From contig QPMI01000496.1 in NCBI GenBank assembly GCA_004431415.1, positions 186,001-250,000 on the forward strand: a DNA stretch of 64,000 bases. The letters run 5' to 3'. The notes under the pieces are model-generated. The model was not told where the DNA came from. It was given only the letters and a program-made list of their open reading frames with translations, and ran no database searches. The translations under genes were made by a program, and so were the position numbers. The DNA is from Cyanophora paradoxa CCMP329 (lineage: Eukaryota; Plantae; Glaucophyta). This document shows positions 49,517 through 63,100 of this stretch, piece by piece (the stretch's first letter is position 1; each line of letters begins with the position of its first letter).

Positions 49517-51365
49517 GGCGCCGGCCGGCGCCGCCGCTTCCGAAGCTCGGCCGCGCCGCCCGCCGCGGCCTGGCCCCGGCCCCTGCAGAAGCAGGCCCCC
49601 CACGGCCTCACACGCCCCGCGGTGGCCGCGTCGCATTCAGGCCCGCCCTCCCGCCCCCGCTGTGTCCAAGCCGTCGTCGAGCGGGCCCCTGATCGGCCGC
49701 GCAGAAGCCGCGCAGGAGGAGGCGGGATTGCCTGCGGGAGTGGCAGGCCTCCCCCGCAGACGGGCGGACCCGCCCGGGGCGCGGCGGCGCGCTGTCTGTC
49801 CCCCGCAGGCGCGGCGCCCCCCGCCGGTCTCCGCCCTTCCCTTCCCCGCCGGAGAAGGCGAGGGCGCCAGCTGCAGGCCGCGCCCTGGCCGCCACCCTCG
49901 GGCCCCCCGCGCCCGCACCCGGGCACCCTCGCCCCACTGCCTCAAGGCGCCGCCTCTCCGTGCCCGAGCCTTCATGCGCACCTTCAGGCGGTTTTCCGGC
50001 GAGGTCGCCACTTCTGAATGCAGTGCATGCAATGCGGCCGCAGCTGCGCATGCCGAGCCTCGGAGCCGCACCGCGAAGTTGCGGCGCGAACCACCTTAAA
50101 GCTGAAGGCTTCTCTCCTCGAGACATATCTAGATCTACAGCTAGATCTGCGTACCAGTATCCGCCGTTCTGCCAGGCTGGCCGGCCGCGGGTCGCGTCTT
50201 TCTCTGTGTCTGTAAATTTCGAATTCTTCTTTTACTTTGTCTTTCGAATTCTTGTTTTTATTGTCTGGCACCGGCCGGTTAACGTTCCTCTGCAAAATAG
50301 ACTGCAATAAGTCTGCATGCGCATCGCATATTGTATCTTTGATTTGTGATTGCTTTGTTGTCCTTAATATCACTACCTGCGGCCCTGGCTACGGGGGGTT
50401 CGCCCCACCGTAGTCTCTCAAAAAAAAGATTCCTACGTAATTATATATAAACGTTTACAGTAATTATATATAACTTGGTAACTAAGCTTTCCAAGTTAAG
50501 ATTCTTAAGAGAGGAGCCGGATCCGGATTTCGGAGCACTTCCGAAGTTCGAAGTTCGAATTCGTCACACTCAGAGCCAAAACTGACAATGTGGAGCTTGC
50601 TTAGCTAGCGCTTGGAGTCTTGGAAAGTTTTGGAAATTTGGACAGCCTGGCAGCCTTAATTAAGCTTACTAGTAGCTTGCAATTGGAGCTTGAGCTTCAT
50701 CATATGAGCTCGAGATTCATGACGATGCAGAGCTCTCTGTGGATTCCGCGTACGGGGAGCTCGCTTGACCCCTCCCCTCCAAAAAAGCATTTTCTACGCA
50801 TTGCGATTGGTCGAATGCCGCACCTACGCCGGTCCTACGGGGCCGAAGCTTTCGATCGCGAATAATTGAATTTTGAATTCGAAATTGCACTTCGCGAATC
50901 CGTGACTCACAGTGACAGCGTTTTTTAATTGGCCGACCAGGCTGGGGTACGGTGCACGAGCTCTGTCTTAAGCCACAGCAGCAGCACGCGCGCTAGCGAG
51001 CGCTTCCGAGAAGTTCTTGCGCCATCGATATCGCCGCGCCTTAAAAAGCTTGGATGAACTTGGATCACGTGAAGCGGCGTTCCTAGCTATAGTCACGCGC
51101 AGCAGCCGTGCCCGGGGGCAGGTCAAGGAACGGCATCGCGCACAGCTGCAGGATCGGACCGGCGACGTCCTACGGGATCGGATAGGAATTGCGAACTTGC
51201 AAAGTGATTGCGGCGCGCCACGGCCGCGGTGGGCGTGGAGAACGTTAACGCCGGCGCGCGCCGTCAACAACTGCAGCAGCCGCGCGGCGGGGGCGCCACG
51301 CGGCCGCCCGGCGGAGAGCCTTCAACGCAATTGCAAGTGCACTGCGGCAACCCGACATCGCCTAG

Positions 51366-52020
51366 ATGGGTGCCGCCTGCAGCAGCCGGAGCGGCGCAGC
51401 CTCCCCTTCGACGTCGGCGCGAGCTGCCTCTTTTCGCGTGGCCAGGGTCAAGCATGCGGACGATGAAGAAGACGTAAGGTTAAGCGTCCACATGTACACG
51501 ACCCGGCAGCCGAGCGCCGCGGCCGCCAGCGTCGCGGCCGACCTCCAGCATGCTCAGCTGGTTCTGGGGACGGATAACGAGAACTCGACGCGCACCCAGT
51601 CGCCCGAGCCGGCCCCGGCGTCGCGGCCAAAATCGGCCAAGGGGCCGGCGGGAGCGGACCTCGGCTTCCCGAGCGGCGAGCTGATTGTGAAGAACCTGCC
51701 GGCGCGGCCGTCGGTGTCGCCCCGCTCCAGCTCGCGAACGTCGGCCGCGCCCCCGGAAGCTTCGAAGAATTCGCCATCGGCCGCTGCGGAGGGCGCTCCC
51801 CGCGTCGACGCCCGCGAACCGCCGGCCGGCGCGGCGGCGGCGGCGGCCCCCGCGGGCGGCCGCGGCGCCGCCAGCGACTTCAGCGCGTCGTACTTCTTCG
51901 GGCAGATGTCGACCGACGGCGGCCTGGGGCAGCTGGTCCGCCTCGTCCGGAGCTCCTCCCGCGCCAAAGAGTACCTCGCTTCCTACGCCCGCGGCATCGG
52001 AGTCAGTGCGCCGCGCCCCG

Positions 52021-52054
<34 letters not shown>

Positions 52055-55000
52055 CCGTTTCATTGCGGTTAAGCAGCTGCAGCCAGCATTAATATGTATT
52101 GCTTAAAATTAAAGCGACCGCGCCCCGGCGTCGGGTTTCGAATGCGCCGCGCAGCGTCGGAGCCGCCGCCTGTCCCGGAGTTCTTCGAGGGGTTCAACGA
52201 GTTCTTCACGGCGCCCATCCCCGACAACGAGGAGGAGCGCATCAAGGCGCGCCCCGCCCCGCCCCCGCCCCGTCCTCGCGAACCCTCGGGACCCCGCGCG
52301 AGCCGCCCCGCCCCGCCCCGCCCCGCAGACCCTCTGGGCCTACAACATCATCGACTCGGGCGTCGACGACAACTTCATGAGGTCCGACGTTCGAAGACCG
52401 CGAGCAAACCGAAAATTCCACGCGGGGGGGCGGGGAACCTGAGGCTTTGATTTCGCAGGATCGTGCAGATGGCGAAGCGGTCGTTCCACGTGCCGATCGC
52501 GCTGATCGCGCTGGTGGACGAGAAGCGGCAGTGGTTCAAGGCCGTCGAGGGCCTCAACTGCTTCGAGACGGACCGCAACGTCAGCTTCTGCGGGCGCGCG
52601 CTTGTGCAATTCCAGCGATCTTAAGCTTCCGCGTCGTCCATCGCAATTATAAATGCGGCGGCGCAGGCACGCGATCCTGCAGAAGGAGGCAGAACCGCTG
52701 GTGATCCGGGACGCCACGCGCGACTGGCGCTTCAGGAACAACCCCCTCGTCCTCGGCGACCCCTTCATCCGCTTCGTGCGCCGCTCACCGCGATCCTAAT
52801 TACTAGTTAAAAGAGTGCAATCGATCTCATTATAGAGGCATGCGATTAAAAGACGAAGAGTTTTCGAATTCCGATCTGCGTATACGTCAGCGATTGCAAG
52901 GCTCGCGCGGGGCCTGTTAACGTTCGCAGCTTTCTTCCGCTGATGGGACGCGGGCGTGCGCGCGCGCAGTACGCGGGGGCGCCGCTGCGGGCGGCGAGCG
53001 GGACGAACCTGGGGACGCTGTGCATCATCGACCGCGAGCCGCGGGACTTCTCCCGCGACGACGTCATCCGCCTCAAGGACCTCGCCGCCGTCGGTGCGCC
53101 CCGCCCCGCCCCTCCGTGGCTGTGCAATTAGGCCTGAGAACTTGGAATCGATAAAAGCTGTCGATGACAACGCGCGCGAGCGGCGCCCGCCTCGCGATCG
53201 CGCGCCGATCGCGCGCGAGTGGGGCTGACCGTGAGCGCCGCGCAGTGGTGCGGGAGATCGAGCTCTTCGCGGCGAGCAAGCACCTCCTCTTCCGCTCTCG
53301 CCAGGAGGAGAGCATCGCCGCCTTCTCCCGCCAGGTCCGAGCGCGAGCTCGCGCTCAGATCTGATCGGATCTGATCCGATCCGATCCGATCCGACCCCAG
53401 GCGATCGCGGCGGAGCTGCCGGAGGAGATTCTGGACCTGGCTGCGACGTCCCTCCAGGAGGTCCTCGAGGCCGACTTCCTCTTCGTCGCCCACGGCCGCC
53501 TCGCCCTCCCCACCGCCACCGGCCGCGCCCCCTCCGCCTCCCGCCCCCGCGTCGCCGCCCTCCGCACCCCGCACGGCACCCTCGCCGCCTACCCCATGCG
53601 CGTCCGCACCCGCGAGCGCGCGCTGGCGCCGGCGGGAGGCGAGGAGCGCGGCACCGGGACGGGCTCGAGGGCGCCCACGCCGCGCTCGTCCATGTACACG
53701 GGGGTCTCGGGCCACCCGGGGGCCGGGGGGGAGCTGGACGACCCGGAGGCCGGCATGCCGCTCGGGCCCGGCACGCTCGCCGCCTTCGTCGCGGGGAGCG
53801 CCGAGCACAGCGTCCACGTCGCCAACGCCGAGCTCGAGATGCGCTTCGCCCTGCCCCCCGTCGTCCGCGCCGCCGGCGCCAAGTCGGGCGGTCCGATCCG
53901 CCCGCTCCGCTCTGCTCTGCTTCGCTCCGAGGCGGTGCGATCTGATGCGGGGCCGGGCCGGCGTGCGCAGCGGTGGCGGCGGTCATGGCGCAGATGGCGG
54001 CGGACGATCCGCCCTTCGCGTACCTGGGTGCCTTCAGCTCGGACCCGCGGCGGTACTTCAACGACGAGATCCGCCTCTACCTCGCGCGCTTCGCGGCGGC
54101 GCTGGAGGCCGTCCTCGCCCAGTGGCTCGCCCGCCAGGCCCTCCGCGTCTCCGAGCAGAAGGTCCGCCGCGAGAAGCAGCTCGGTGCGCCCCGCCCGGTC
54201 CCCTGCCCCGCCCCGCTGCGCTCGCGCCGCTCATCGCGGCGCGCGGGGGCAGCGGACCGGCTGCTGAAGAACACGCTGCCGGAGAGCGTGGTGGCCAAGC
54301 TGCTGACGGACAGCAACCCGCTCGCCGACCTTTTCGAGGAGACCACGATCGTCTTCGCCGACATCGTCGGTCCGCCCCGCCCCGATCGCGAGCCCTCTAC
54401 TCGGCGAAGTCCGACCCGTCGCCGCCGGCAGGGTTCACGGCGCTCTCCTCGAAGCTCTCCGCCACAGAAGTCGTCCAGGCGAGCCCCGGCCCGAGCCAGC
54501 CAGCGGCGTCGATGGCCCCCGCGCGCGCGGCCGAGCGCCCCCTGACCCCCCGCGCCCCGCAGATGTTGAACCGGATCTTCTCCCGCCTCGACCACGTCTG
54601 CGGCCGCTCCGGCTGCGAGAAGATCAAGGTGCGGGGCCCGCCATCGATATCGGGGCGGGGTTGTCAGTGACCTAGGTCTAGACCATGGGCGCACCGTGCA
54701 TTAAATTTCTGCGCCACGCGGCGCCGCGCCACGCGCGCTCGCCACGCACGCGTGCACGCGGCGCCGCTGATCGAGAGGCGCCGGCCGGCCGCCGCGCGCG
54801 GGGCAGACGATCGGGGACTGCTACATGGCGGCGGCGGGGGTGCCGGAGCGGCGGCCCGACCACGCCGAGGTGGCCCTCGAGTTCGCGATCGCGACCATCC
54901 AGTCCATCGCCGCCTTCAACCGGTGCGGGCTTCGATTCTCGATCCCGCCATCGCGACACCGGGTCGACGCCGCGAAAACATTTCACATTGAACTTGCGAT

Positions 55001-55726
55001 GCCCGCAAAAAATTTGCAATTGGACTGATTTCCGCAATTGCGGCAGGCGCTTCGGCACGGATATTAGCGTGCGTGTCGGCATCCACTCGGTGCGCGCCCG
55101 GCCTTCGGCCCGCTCGGCCCTTGGAAAATCCGCGCCCCGCGGCCGCCTTGCTGAGCGGTCCTGGGGTGCAAACACGCAGGGCCCTGTCGTGGCCGGCGTC
55201 ATCGGCTCGAGCAAGTTCCTCTACGACCTCTGGCGCGCCCCGCCCCGCTTCCCCTCAGCCGCCCCCCTCACCTGCGCGTGCGTGCAGGGGCGACACTGTC
55301 AACGTGGCGTCGCGGATGGAGAGCACGGGGGTGGCGGGGCGCATCCAGGCCACGGCGGCCACCTACGCCCTCCTCGCCGACAAGTACGACTGGACCTGCC
55401 GGGGGGACATCTCCGTCAAGGGTAAGGAGGGGGCGCTGCGGACGTACCTGTGGAACGGGCGGCTGCCGGGGGACCCCCGCGGCGAGCGGCCGGGCCCCGC
55501 CGAGGACGACGCGAACTGGGACGCCGAGCTGAACATCCGCGGCCGGCTCGCCTCGGTCCTGCCGGACCCCGCCAGCGTCGCCGACCTCCGCTCGTCCTCG
55601 CCCACGCTGGGTCCGGCAGCAGTCGCGGCCCCCGACGCGCGGCGGCCCAGCGGGGGCGGCGGCCTCGCAGGGAGCCCCTCCCGCCAGAGCAGCGGCCTCG
55701 CCTTCCTCCCCCCGATCCGAGCCTGA
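51366..55726 (+). CDS. GAF-domain class III adenylyl cyclase, probably N-acylated
   Basis: Starts MGAACSS. GAF domain PIPDNEEERI...VPIALIALVDEKRQWFK...SFCGHAIL...RFRNNPLV...IRFYAGAPL...GTLCIIDREPR. Cyclase domain FADIVGFT, EKIKTIGDCYMAA, RVGIHSGPVVAGVIG, YDLWGDTVNVASRMES. The Lys and Asp specificity residues indicate ATP as substrate. Confidence 0.9.
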
Positions 55727-57149
55727 CCACGAGCACCGGCACCGGCACCGGGCCTCGGGCTCCGCGCGCGGCCCCCTCGCGATCGGCTCGGCGACCCCTT
55801 CTCTGCCCTCCTCCAAGTCCAAGCTCGAGCTCGAGCTCGAGCTCTCAGTGTGTCCCTGTACATGTGGCGATCCTGCCAGCAGTTAGTCATGATCAGGCAT
55901 TGCCAGCTTTGAAAATCGCAGTACTAGTTGCTTTAAATTTCTAACGAACTACAGAGGGGCGCCGCAGCCGGCGACCCCCGTGAGCTAATACTACATAAGA
56001 TTTCGATTGATTTACGTATACACGTACGCGTGTGCTCACAGTCGTAAATGGTTCTTTGGCTGTTCCTTTTTGTAGTGCTTCATGATCATTTGAGCCCCCG
56101 GCCCGGCCGCGAGCTCTAGATCTCGCAAATGTGCTTGCAATATTAATTGGTAGTCATGTGCTATTTTTATATAATTATGTAATCATAGGCTTGCCCCAAC
56201 TTCGATGTCTTCATCATAAGCTTGCAATTGAAAGACGGCCAAGACCTTCGAGTTCCATATGCAGGATCTTGAATTACGCATCTTCGAATTCGATCCCTCC
56301 ACGGGGTATACGTAGCCACAGCGGCTATACGCATGGCCGGCGCCTCTCCACGGCGGCTAACCGTTGAACATTAACGCGCAGCCTGGCAGTTCATGATCAT
56401 GATCACGGCGACACAGAGGCGCGGCCCGTCGACAACGTCCGAAAGCACATTTTTACAGATTCCACAACTCGCCGAGTCGAGACGAGCAACAGCACAAGTA
56501 CTAGCTATAGCACAAAATGTAAACGCCCTTGGGGGGCCGACAGCCAGCTATATAGCTGCCAGCCTGAGGCTGCGTGAACTATGATACGCCGGACCAACTA
56601 GCCATGGCGATTTAATAATAACCTGGATCCGGAGGCGCTCAAAATTTGGATCCGGAGAACACTGTGATACGAGAGCTAGCAGTAGAGTCTCCGAAAGAAG
56701 AAAACTGTATAGTCCTAACATAATACACATTAAAGGATACACAATTCCAAGCTCACAAACACATGTACATGCACGTGCACAGTTCCACTATAGCTAGTAC
56801 TACGCTGAGCCTCGGAGGTCAAGTCACGATCAACAAAACGATAAGCTTGTACACTGATGAATCTCTATACAACCGCACTCAGAACTACCTAATGAATGTA
56901 ACACGGAGATGCGCTATGTTTCTCGCACATACGAACGAAACTACTGCCAGAAACCATGCAGAGAGAGACCTGAATACTATAATTATATAAATATAACAAA
57001 ATGTGTATAGGTTCGTATACGAATATTAATTCGGCCGCAAGTCGAAGGGCCTTGAAAAGGAAGGTGCTACGTATATACTGATACTATAGCTGGAGCGCGA
57101 GCTTCCGAAGTTCGAATTCGCGCCGCCAGCTGCAGCGGCGGCCGACAGT

Positions 57150-60100
57150 CTACATCTCGCGCTCGCCGGCGCCGACGGCGGCGGCGGCCTTGCGGACGAG
57201 GCACTCCCGGATGCTCGCCACCGACTCGATCACGTCCGACGGGATCATCAGCAGCTGCGCCCCCGCGCGCGTGCGCGCCGGCGTCAGTCGATGTCAAGGT
57301 ATACATATAGGCCTGCAACTGTATATAAAGCTACGATCTAGATCTTGCACTTGCAGCCGCTTTTCTATATATTAAAGAAACACTGTTCACCAGGGAGATG
57401 GTGCGCCGTGCGTCCTCCTGCACCCGCGAGATGATCGAGCGGAACGCCGTCCTAGGTTCCGATCCGGCGCGTGAGAATATTGTAGATGTAGATAACACGC
57501 CGAAGTCGACGGATGCATTAAGTTATATAATATGCGATTTCGGTGTAATTGTAAGAGCGTTCGCACAGGTACACGAAGATGACGGTGGCGCAGACGATGC
57601 CGAGCATCATCTGCTGGGACTTCATGAACTGCGCCAAGATCTGCACGCACGAGTCAGCGAGGCAACAAGTGGAAATAAGAGCTCGTGATCGGGGGGCGAA
57701 TTCGAGGGCGGCGCGCACGAAGTCGGACTCGACGATGGAGAGGTCGATGGCGTTCTGGTTCATCTTCGTCATGGGGCCCTCCGTCGAGGCCTTGAGGAAC
57801 TGCGCATGCGGGCGAGGGCGAGGCGAGGGGAGGCGAGGGCGAAGCGAAGCTGAGCTGAGCGCCGAGTAGCGAACGGGGGGCTCGAGCCGCACCTGGTAGA
57901 TGGGGTTGCTGGGCTTCAGGAACTCGGGGGACGACCGCGCCAGCATCCGCGCTTTCTGCATGGGTCACGCCAATCAGTGGAACCGCGCGCCGCTTCTGTG
58001 CAGAACCGCTTCCTGTCGAAAGCCCGCACCGTGATGTACTCCGAGACCAGCCGGTTCAGCCCGTTCGCGGCCGGGGTCCCCGGGTACGGGTTGCAGCCCT
58101 TCCTGTCCCTGAGAAGCCGGCCCGGTGCACATGTCAGGACGGAGCAATCCCCCACGCGGAGAGCGGGGCGCGTTTGCGGCGCGTTAACGTTCGGGGGCGG
58201 CGCGTTCGGGGCCGGCCCGCGCACTCGGTGCAGGGGATGCCGAAGAGGGCGACGTCGAGGGGGTGGTAGCGCCCCGCCTGCCCCTTCGTGTTCGACGTGT
58301 CCGGCCGCGTGCTGCTCCCTGCGGAGGGAGAGGCGTCAGCGTCCAAGGTAAACGACATGGACCTTGAACTTCGGCGCGCGCGGCCTTGGTCTTTCGATCA
58401 TCGGATTAACATTCGGCGCACCGTACGTGAGGTCGCGCGTGTCCTTCTCGAGCCAGTCGATGACGGAGAGGAGCTTCTCCCGGTTCTCCGCCAGCACTGC
58501 GCCCCGCCCCGCGCCCCGCTCCGAGTCGGCGTCGGGATCGCAGGGAAATGGGGCGCGGGCGAGGAAGGGGAGAGCGGCGCCCGGCCGGACCTTTGGGGTC
58601 CGTGTACCTGGCGCCGAACGCGCCAGCGTGGTCCGCGATCAGCTTCGTCGACCGGAAGTACACCTGCGGGGCGGGGCGGGGCGCCCGGGCCGGGGTCAGC
58701 TGTGCCACGAAGAGGGCCGCCATCCGGAGCTGCGGTCACCTGCCAGGCGAGGGAGCGGCGCATGCCGCCGAGGCTCCGCTCGCCGGCGAAGTACATGCAC
58801 GTCTCCGACGACGTGTACGCGATCTGAGCGATACGATGTGAGCGCGCCTGCGATCGGGATCGAAATTAAATCGGCGCCGCGCGCGCACCAGGAACCAGGC
58901 GAAGAAGACGGCGAAGATGGCGGTGAAGGCGACGAGGTACGTGACGGTCAGGTTGTCCAGCCGCCTCCGGTTGCGCCCGAAGACGCGCTCCAGCCGCCGC
59001 GCCTTGTGCACCTCCGCGCTCTCCGCCCCGCCGACTGCCCCCTCGGCCCCGGCTGCCGCCGCCGCCGCGATCTTGCCGTTCTGCTCGGAACGCATCGGTC
59101 AGCTTCGATCGCGAGCGTAAACTCCGCGCGTGCGCGCGTGCGCGCGAGCGTCACGCACCACGACCTTCTTCATGTCCTGCTCCGGCGCAAGGAAGCAAAC
59201 CGCAGCGTTAGTTGTCGTGCAACGCAAATCGAACTAAAGCGAGAGCGCCGCGCGCGCGCGCGCCTTCTCGAAGTCCATGTCGAACTCCTCGTCCTCGTCC
59301 GCGTCCTCCTCGTCGGCCCTGCCCGCGTGCTCGCGGCCTGCGTGTGCGTGCCGCGAAGCGCGCCGTCAGCCGATCGCGAGCCCGGGACGCGCAGAGGTCC
59401 TAGAACCTAAAGGAGTCCGAGGCTGACGCGCGCACCGGCCTTGGCGATGCGGCGGAGGACGCTCTTCGGGCTGCGGCGATCGCGAGGGTCACGGGTCACT
59501 CAGAAGACCGTACCGCCTCGAACTCTAGACCTCTCGCGCTCCTCGAGCTCGGGAAGGACACTAGCTCAAAAGTAATATTTAATCGAAGAAGGGCGCACAT
59601 GTCGAAGAAGAGCTTGATGGCCTCCTCCTTCTCGGTTTGGACGGCCTTGATCTTCGGGCGGAAGAAGAAGACGGCGAGGAGGACGCAGGCCGCCGTCGCC
59701 GCGCACACCATGCAGATCACGAAGACCCTGGCCGAATCCAGCGGATTAACCGTTAACCGAAGTTGTCGAGAAGCGGTTCGCATCGTTTCGTGACGGAACG
59801 CCAGTTTGCGGTTTGCGCGTTCTATAAATACTGCGCGCGCTGGTCCGCGCACCGGATGCTGCCGAAGGCGGCGAGGGTCACTTTGTTCTCGTCGTCGTTG
59901 CTCTTCACGAACTGGTTGTAGGCCTCCTCCGGGCCGTTCTCGTACCTGCCGACGCGGACCGGACGGGGAGGACCGTGATTCGGGCGAAGAGGATTCAACG
60001 TAGTTGACATTGACAATCGAATGGGTCGTAATTTAAAGATCACAAATGTAATTGGCGGGCGGGGGCGGGGGCGCGCACAGGAAGTGGAGGTGCGGGTTGA

Positions 60101-63100
60101 AGTGGAAGTCCGGGTACTTGGCGCGGAACTCGCCCGGCTTCACCTTCAGCATCTCCCGCCCCTGCCGATCGCGATCGCGAGGAGGCGAGCCCGTCAGGCG
60201 CGCGCTGCCCGAGGCGCTCGAGCTTTAAAAGCCGCCTCGAAGACGGCGATGGCGAACCGCGTCGATGAGCTGGAAGGCGCTGCGCGCGAGCGGTGCGATG
60301 TACACCGGTGAGCACAGAGGTGGCGGACGGGACGGCGGAGGCCTAGGCGGAGGCGGTGCGCACAGGTCCCACTCGCTGATGGGCCGGTCCCGCGTCGCGC
60401 CGTTGTCACGGATGACGTAGTTCACCGCCACGTTCTCCTCCGAGAGGACCGTCCGCAGCCCGAAGTGCACTTCCTGCGGGGTTCGTTAGCGGGGCGAGTC
60501 TGTCTCACTTGGGCGTGGAGTGTCGAGGACCTCGAGCTTGTTGACGGCGCCGAGGAGCTGCTTGCGGGCGTAGGCCTCCATGGTGCTCTTCGGGTCCCAC
60601 TCCGGCAGGCCCGAGAGGACGAGGAGCCCCGAGAAGAGCGGCACGTTCACCGCCTGCGCGCCGCCGCCGCAGTTCCGTGAATATGCGCGCGCGCGCGGCG
60701 GGCGGGGGAGCGTCGACGTCCGTTCACCTGGAGGCGGCGCAGGCCGGCGAGGCCCGTCCGCGAAATCCCGACCTTGTACGTGTCCATCAGGCTCGACATG
60801 AGCCCGTAGCACACGCCCTGTCGGAGCATGCGCATAAGGTTCTGGAATGGAGAAGCGAGCGGAGGTTCTGTCGGAGCGCACGGCGAGGGCGATGAGGACG
60901 ACGATGACGACGGCGACGGTCTTCTTCATCCGGTCGATGCTCTGGTCTGCGCGCGATGCGTCGCGGCGGAGCCGCAGAGTGAGCCATCCGATTGGAGTTC
61001 TGCGCTGTGAAGGGCGAGAGGACGCGTGCCTTGGCCGGCGGAGAGCGCGAGGCGGCGCTTCAGCTTGCCGAGCTTCCGCTCCCACCTCGCCCGCTGCCTC
61101 TCCTTCTCGACGTCGCGATCGCCGCCCGAGCCGGGGCGCCGCGGCGAGCCGCCGTCACCGGACCCGGCGGCGGACCCGCCGTCCGAGCCGCCGCGGGCGC
61201 GCGCGCGCTTGAGCCTGGCCTTGGGGTCCTCGTCCTCGTCGTCGTCGTCCGCGTCGGCCCCGTTGTTCGAGACGGAGCCGGCGTCGCCCTCGCCCTCGCC
61301 CTTGCCGGACTTGCCCCTCTCCCGGTCCTGCAGCTTGGCGAAGCCGATCTTGCTGGGCTTGCCGGCGCCGGCGCCCACGCTGGAGCTGCTGCCGATCTGG
61401 AGCTTCTTCGGCTTGTGGCCGCGGTGCGCGCCCGCGGCGCCGGCGTCGGCGCCCCCCTCCTCGTGCGGGTCGCTCGACTCCGGCAGAGTCAGGAAGGCGT
61501 CTCCCCCGTCCACCGGCTGGTTCAGCGGCTTGGCGGCCGGAGCAGGCTTGAAGGCTGCAGATGGCGCGCCCGACTCGGGATCCTCGGCGATGCTTCCGCG
61601 CTTGACGCCCTTCTCCTCGCCACCGCTCGCGGCCAGCCACGTTTGGATGTTCCTGGAGGCACCGTCAGCAACACGCGCGCCGGCGCCCCGAGATCCAGAT
61701 CCCAGACCGTGGCGCACCTCGTCTTCTTGTCGCCGGGTCGCTGGCCGTGCGTCGCCGAGGTCTGGGAGGCCCGCCGGGAATCCGCGCCGGCCGCCGAGAG
61801 CTGGGAAGCACGCCTCTGCAGGTCGACGTCGGCCGACATCTGGGAGGAGCGCCTGATCATGACGGCCGCGGCCGCGGCGTCCGTCGCCATCGACATCTGC
61901 GAGGCCCGGCGCCCCTCGAGCTCGACGACGAGCCTCGGGTCGACCTCCGAACCGCCGGCGTCGGACATCCGCATCTCGGAGAGGGGCCGGTGGCTGTCGA
62001 CGTCCGAGCTCGAGCCGCCGTTGTCGGCGAACGCGTGGGCGCCGGCATCGTTCGCGTCGTCGTCGTGGTGGGCGACGGCGATCGTCGGCGCCGCCCGCTG
62101 CGGCTGCTCGACCGCGCCGGACTCCGCCGCCTCCGGCCCGCCCGGGGCCGGGGCCGCCTCCGGCCTCGCGGGGGGCGCCAGGGCGAAGCGGATCGCGCTG
62201 GTGCTCCCGACGCGCCGCATCTCGCCCAGGTTCGGCCGCTTGGCCGGCCCGCATCCCCGGCGCCGGCGCCGTGGTCCGCGCTGGGCCCCATCGCCCCGAT
62301 GCCGCCCGAGGCTCCGCCCGCCGCCGGCGCCGACGCCGACGCCGACGCGGCGCGGTCGGTCGAAGCGAGCTCGTCGCGATCGCGGTCGTGCCTCGCCGGC
62401 CTGAGCGACGGGTTCTCGGGGCGGTCGGCGTCCTCGTCCTCGTCCACCTCGTCCTGCGTGCAGTGCGGATCCGGATCCGCTTATGTTCGATTATGTAATA
62501 TCTATCTACGGAACGCGTACGTCGAGATTCTTGACTCCGCTTTTGTACTCCTGCTTGTTCGTCTCCTCGTACTCGTCTGCACGCGCGCGTCGTACATGTG
62601 ATCAGCGAGTCGAAGGCCGCGGCCGGTGACGGTCGGATTCGGACCAGCGGCGTCGTAGAGGTCCTGGGCGGCCGCCGGGTCGTTCAGCACCTCCTCGTTG
62701 AACTGGCCTGATCATGATCGCGACGTTAGCGTTCAGCGCACCCGAGACCGCCCGAGGCAATCATGATGAAATTAGATCCAGAGGAAAGCACCGTAGGAGC
62801 GGAGGATGCGGGGGTTGTTGATGCGCGGACGGCGGCCTTGTGGTGCGAGCGGGCCCCCGCAATGTCCTTCTGGAACTCGAGGTGCGCGATCAGCTCCTGC
62901 GCGGCGCCGCCCGACGCGCTCTCAGCACCGACAACGAAACAGAGCGGATCCGGACTGCAGACAATCTCTCGGGATCTAGATCACCTCGCTCTCGTTGACG
63001 TGCTTGCCGCGCTTCGCCTGCGCCGCGCCGGCGCCCTGGCTCGCGAGAATGCGCTCCTGCGCCGCCTGGAAGACCTGGAACTCCACGTCCAGGAACTGCG

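Noticed and set aside
60926-62601. Long plus-strand ORFs (470 aa, 284 aa, 276 aa) and similar Arg/Gly/Pro-rich ORFs across the window
   Set aside because: They are antisense or off-frame shadows of GC-rich coding sequence with few stop codons.
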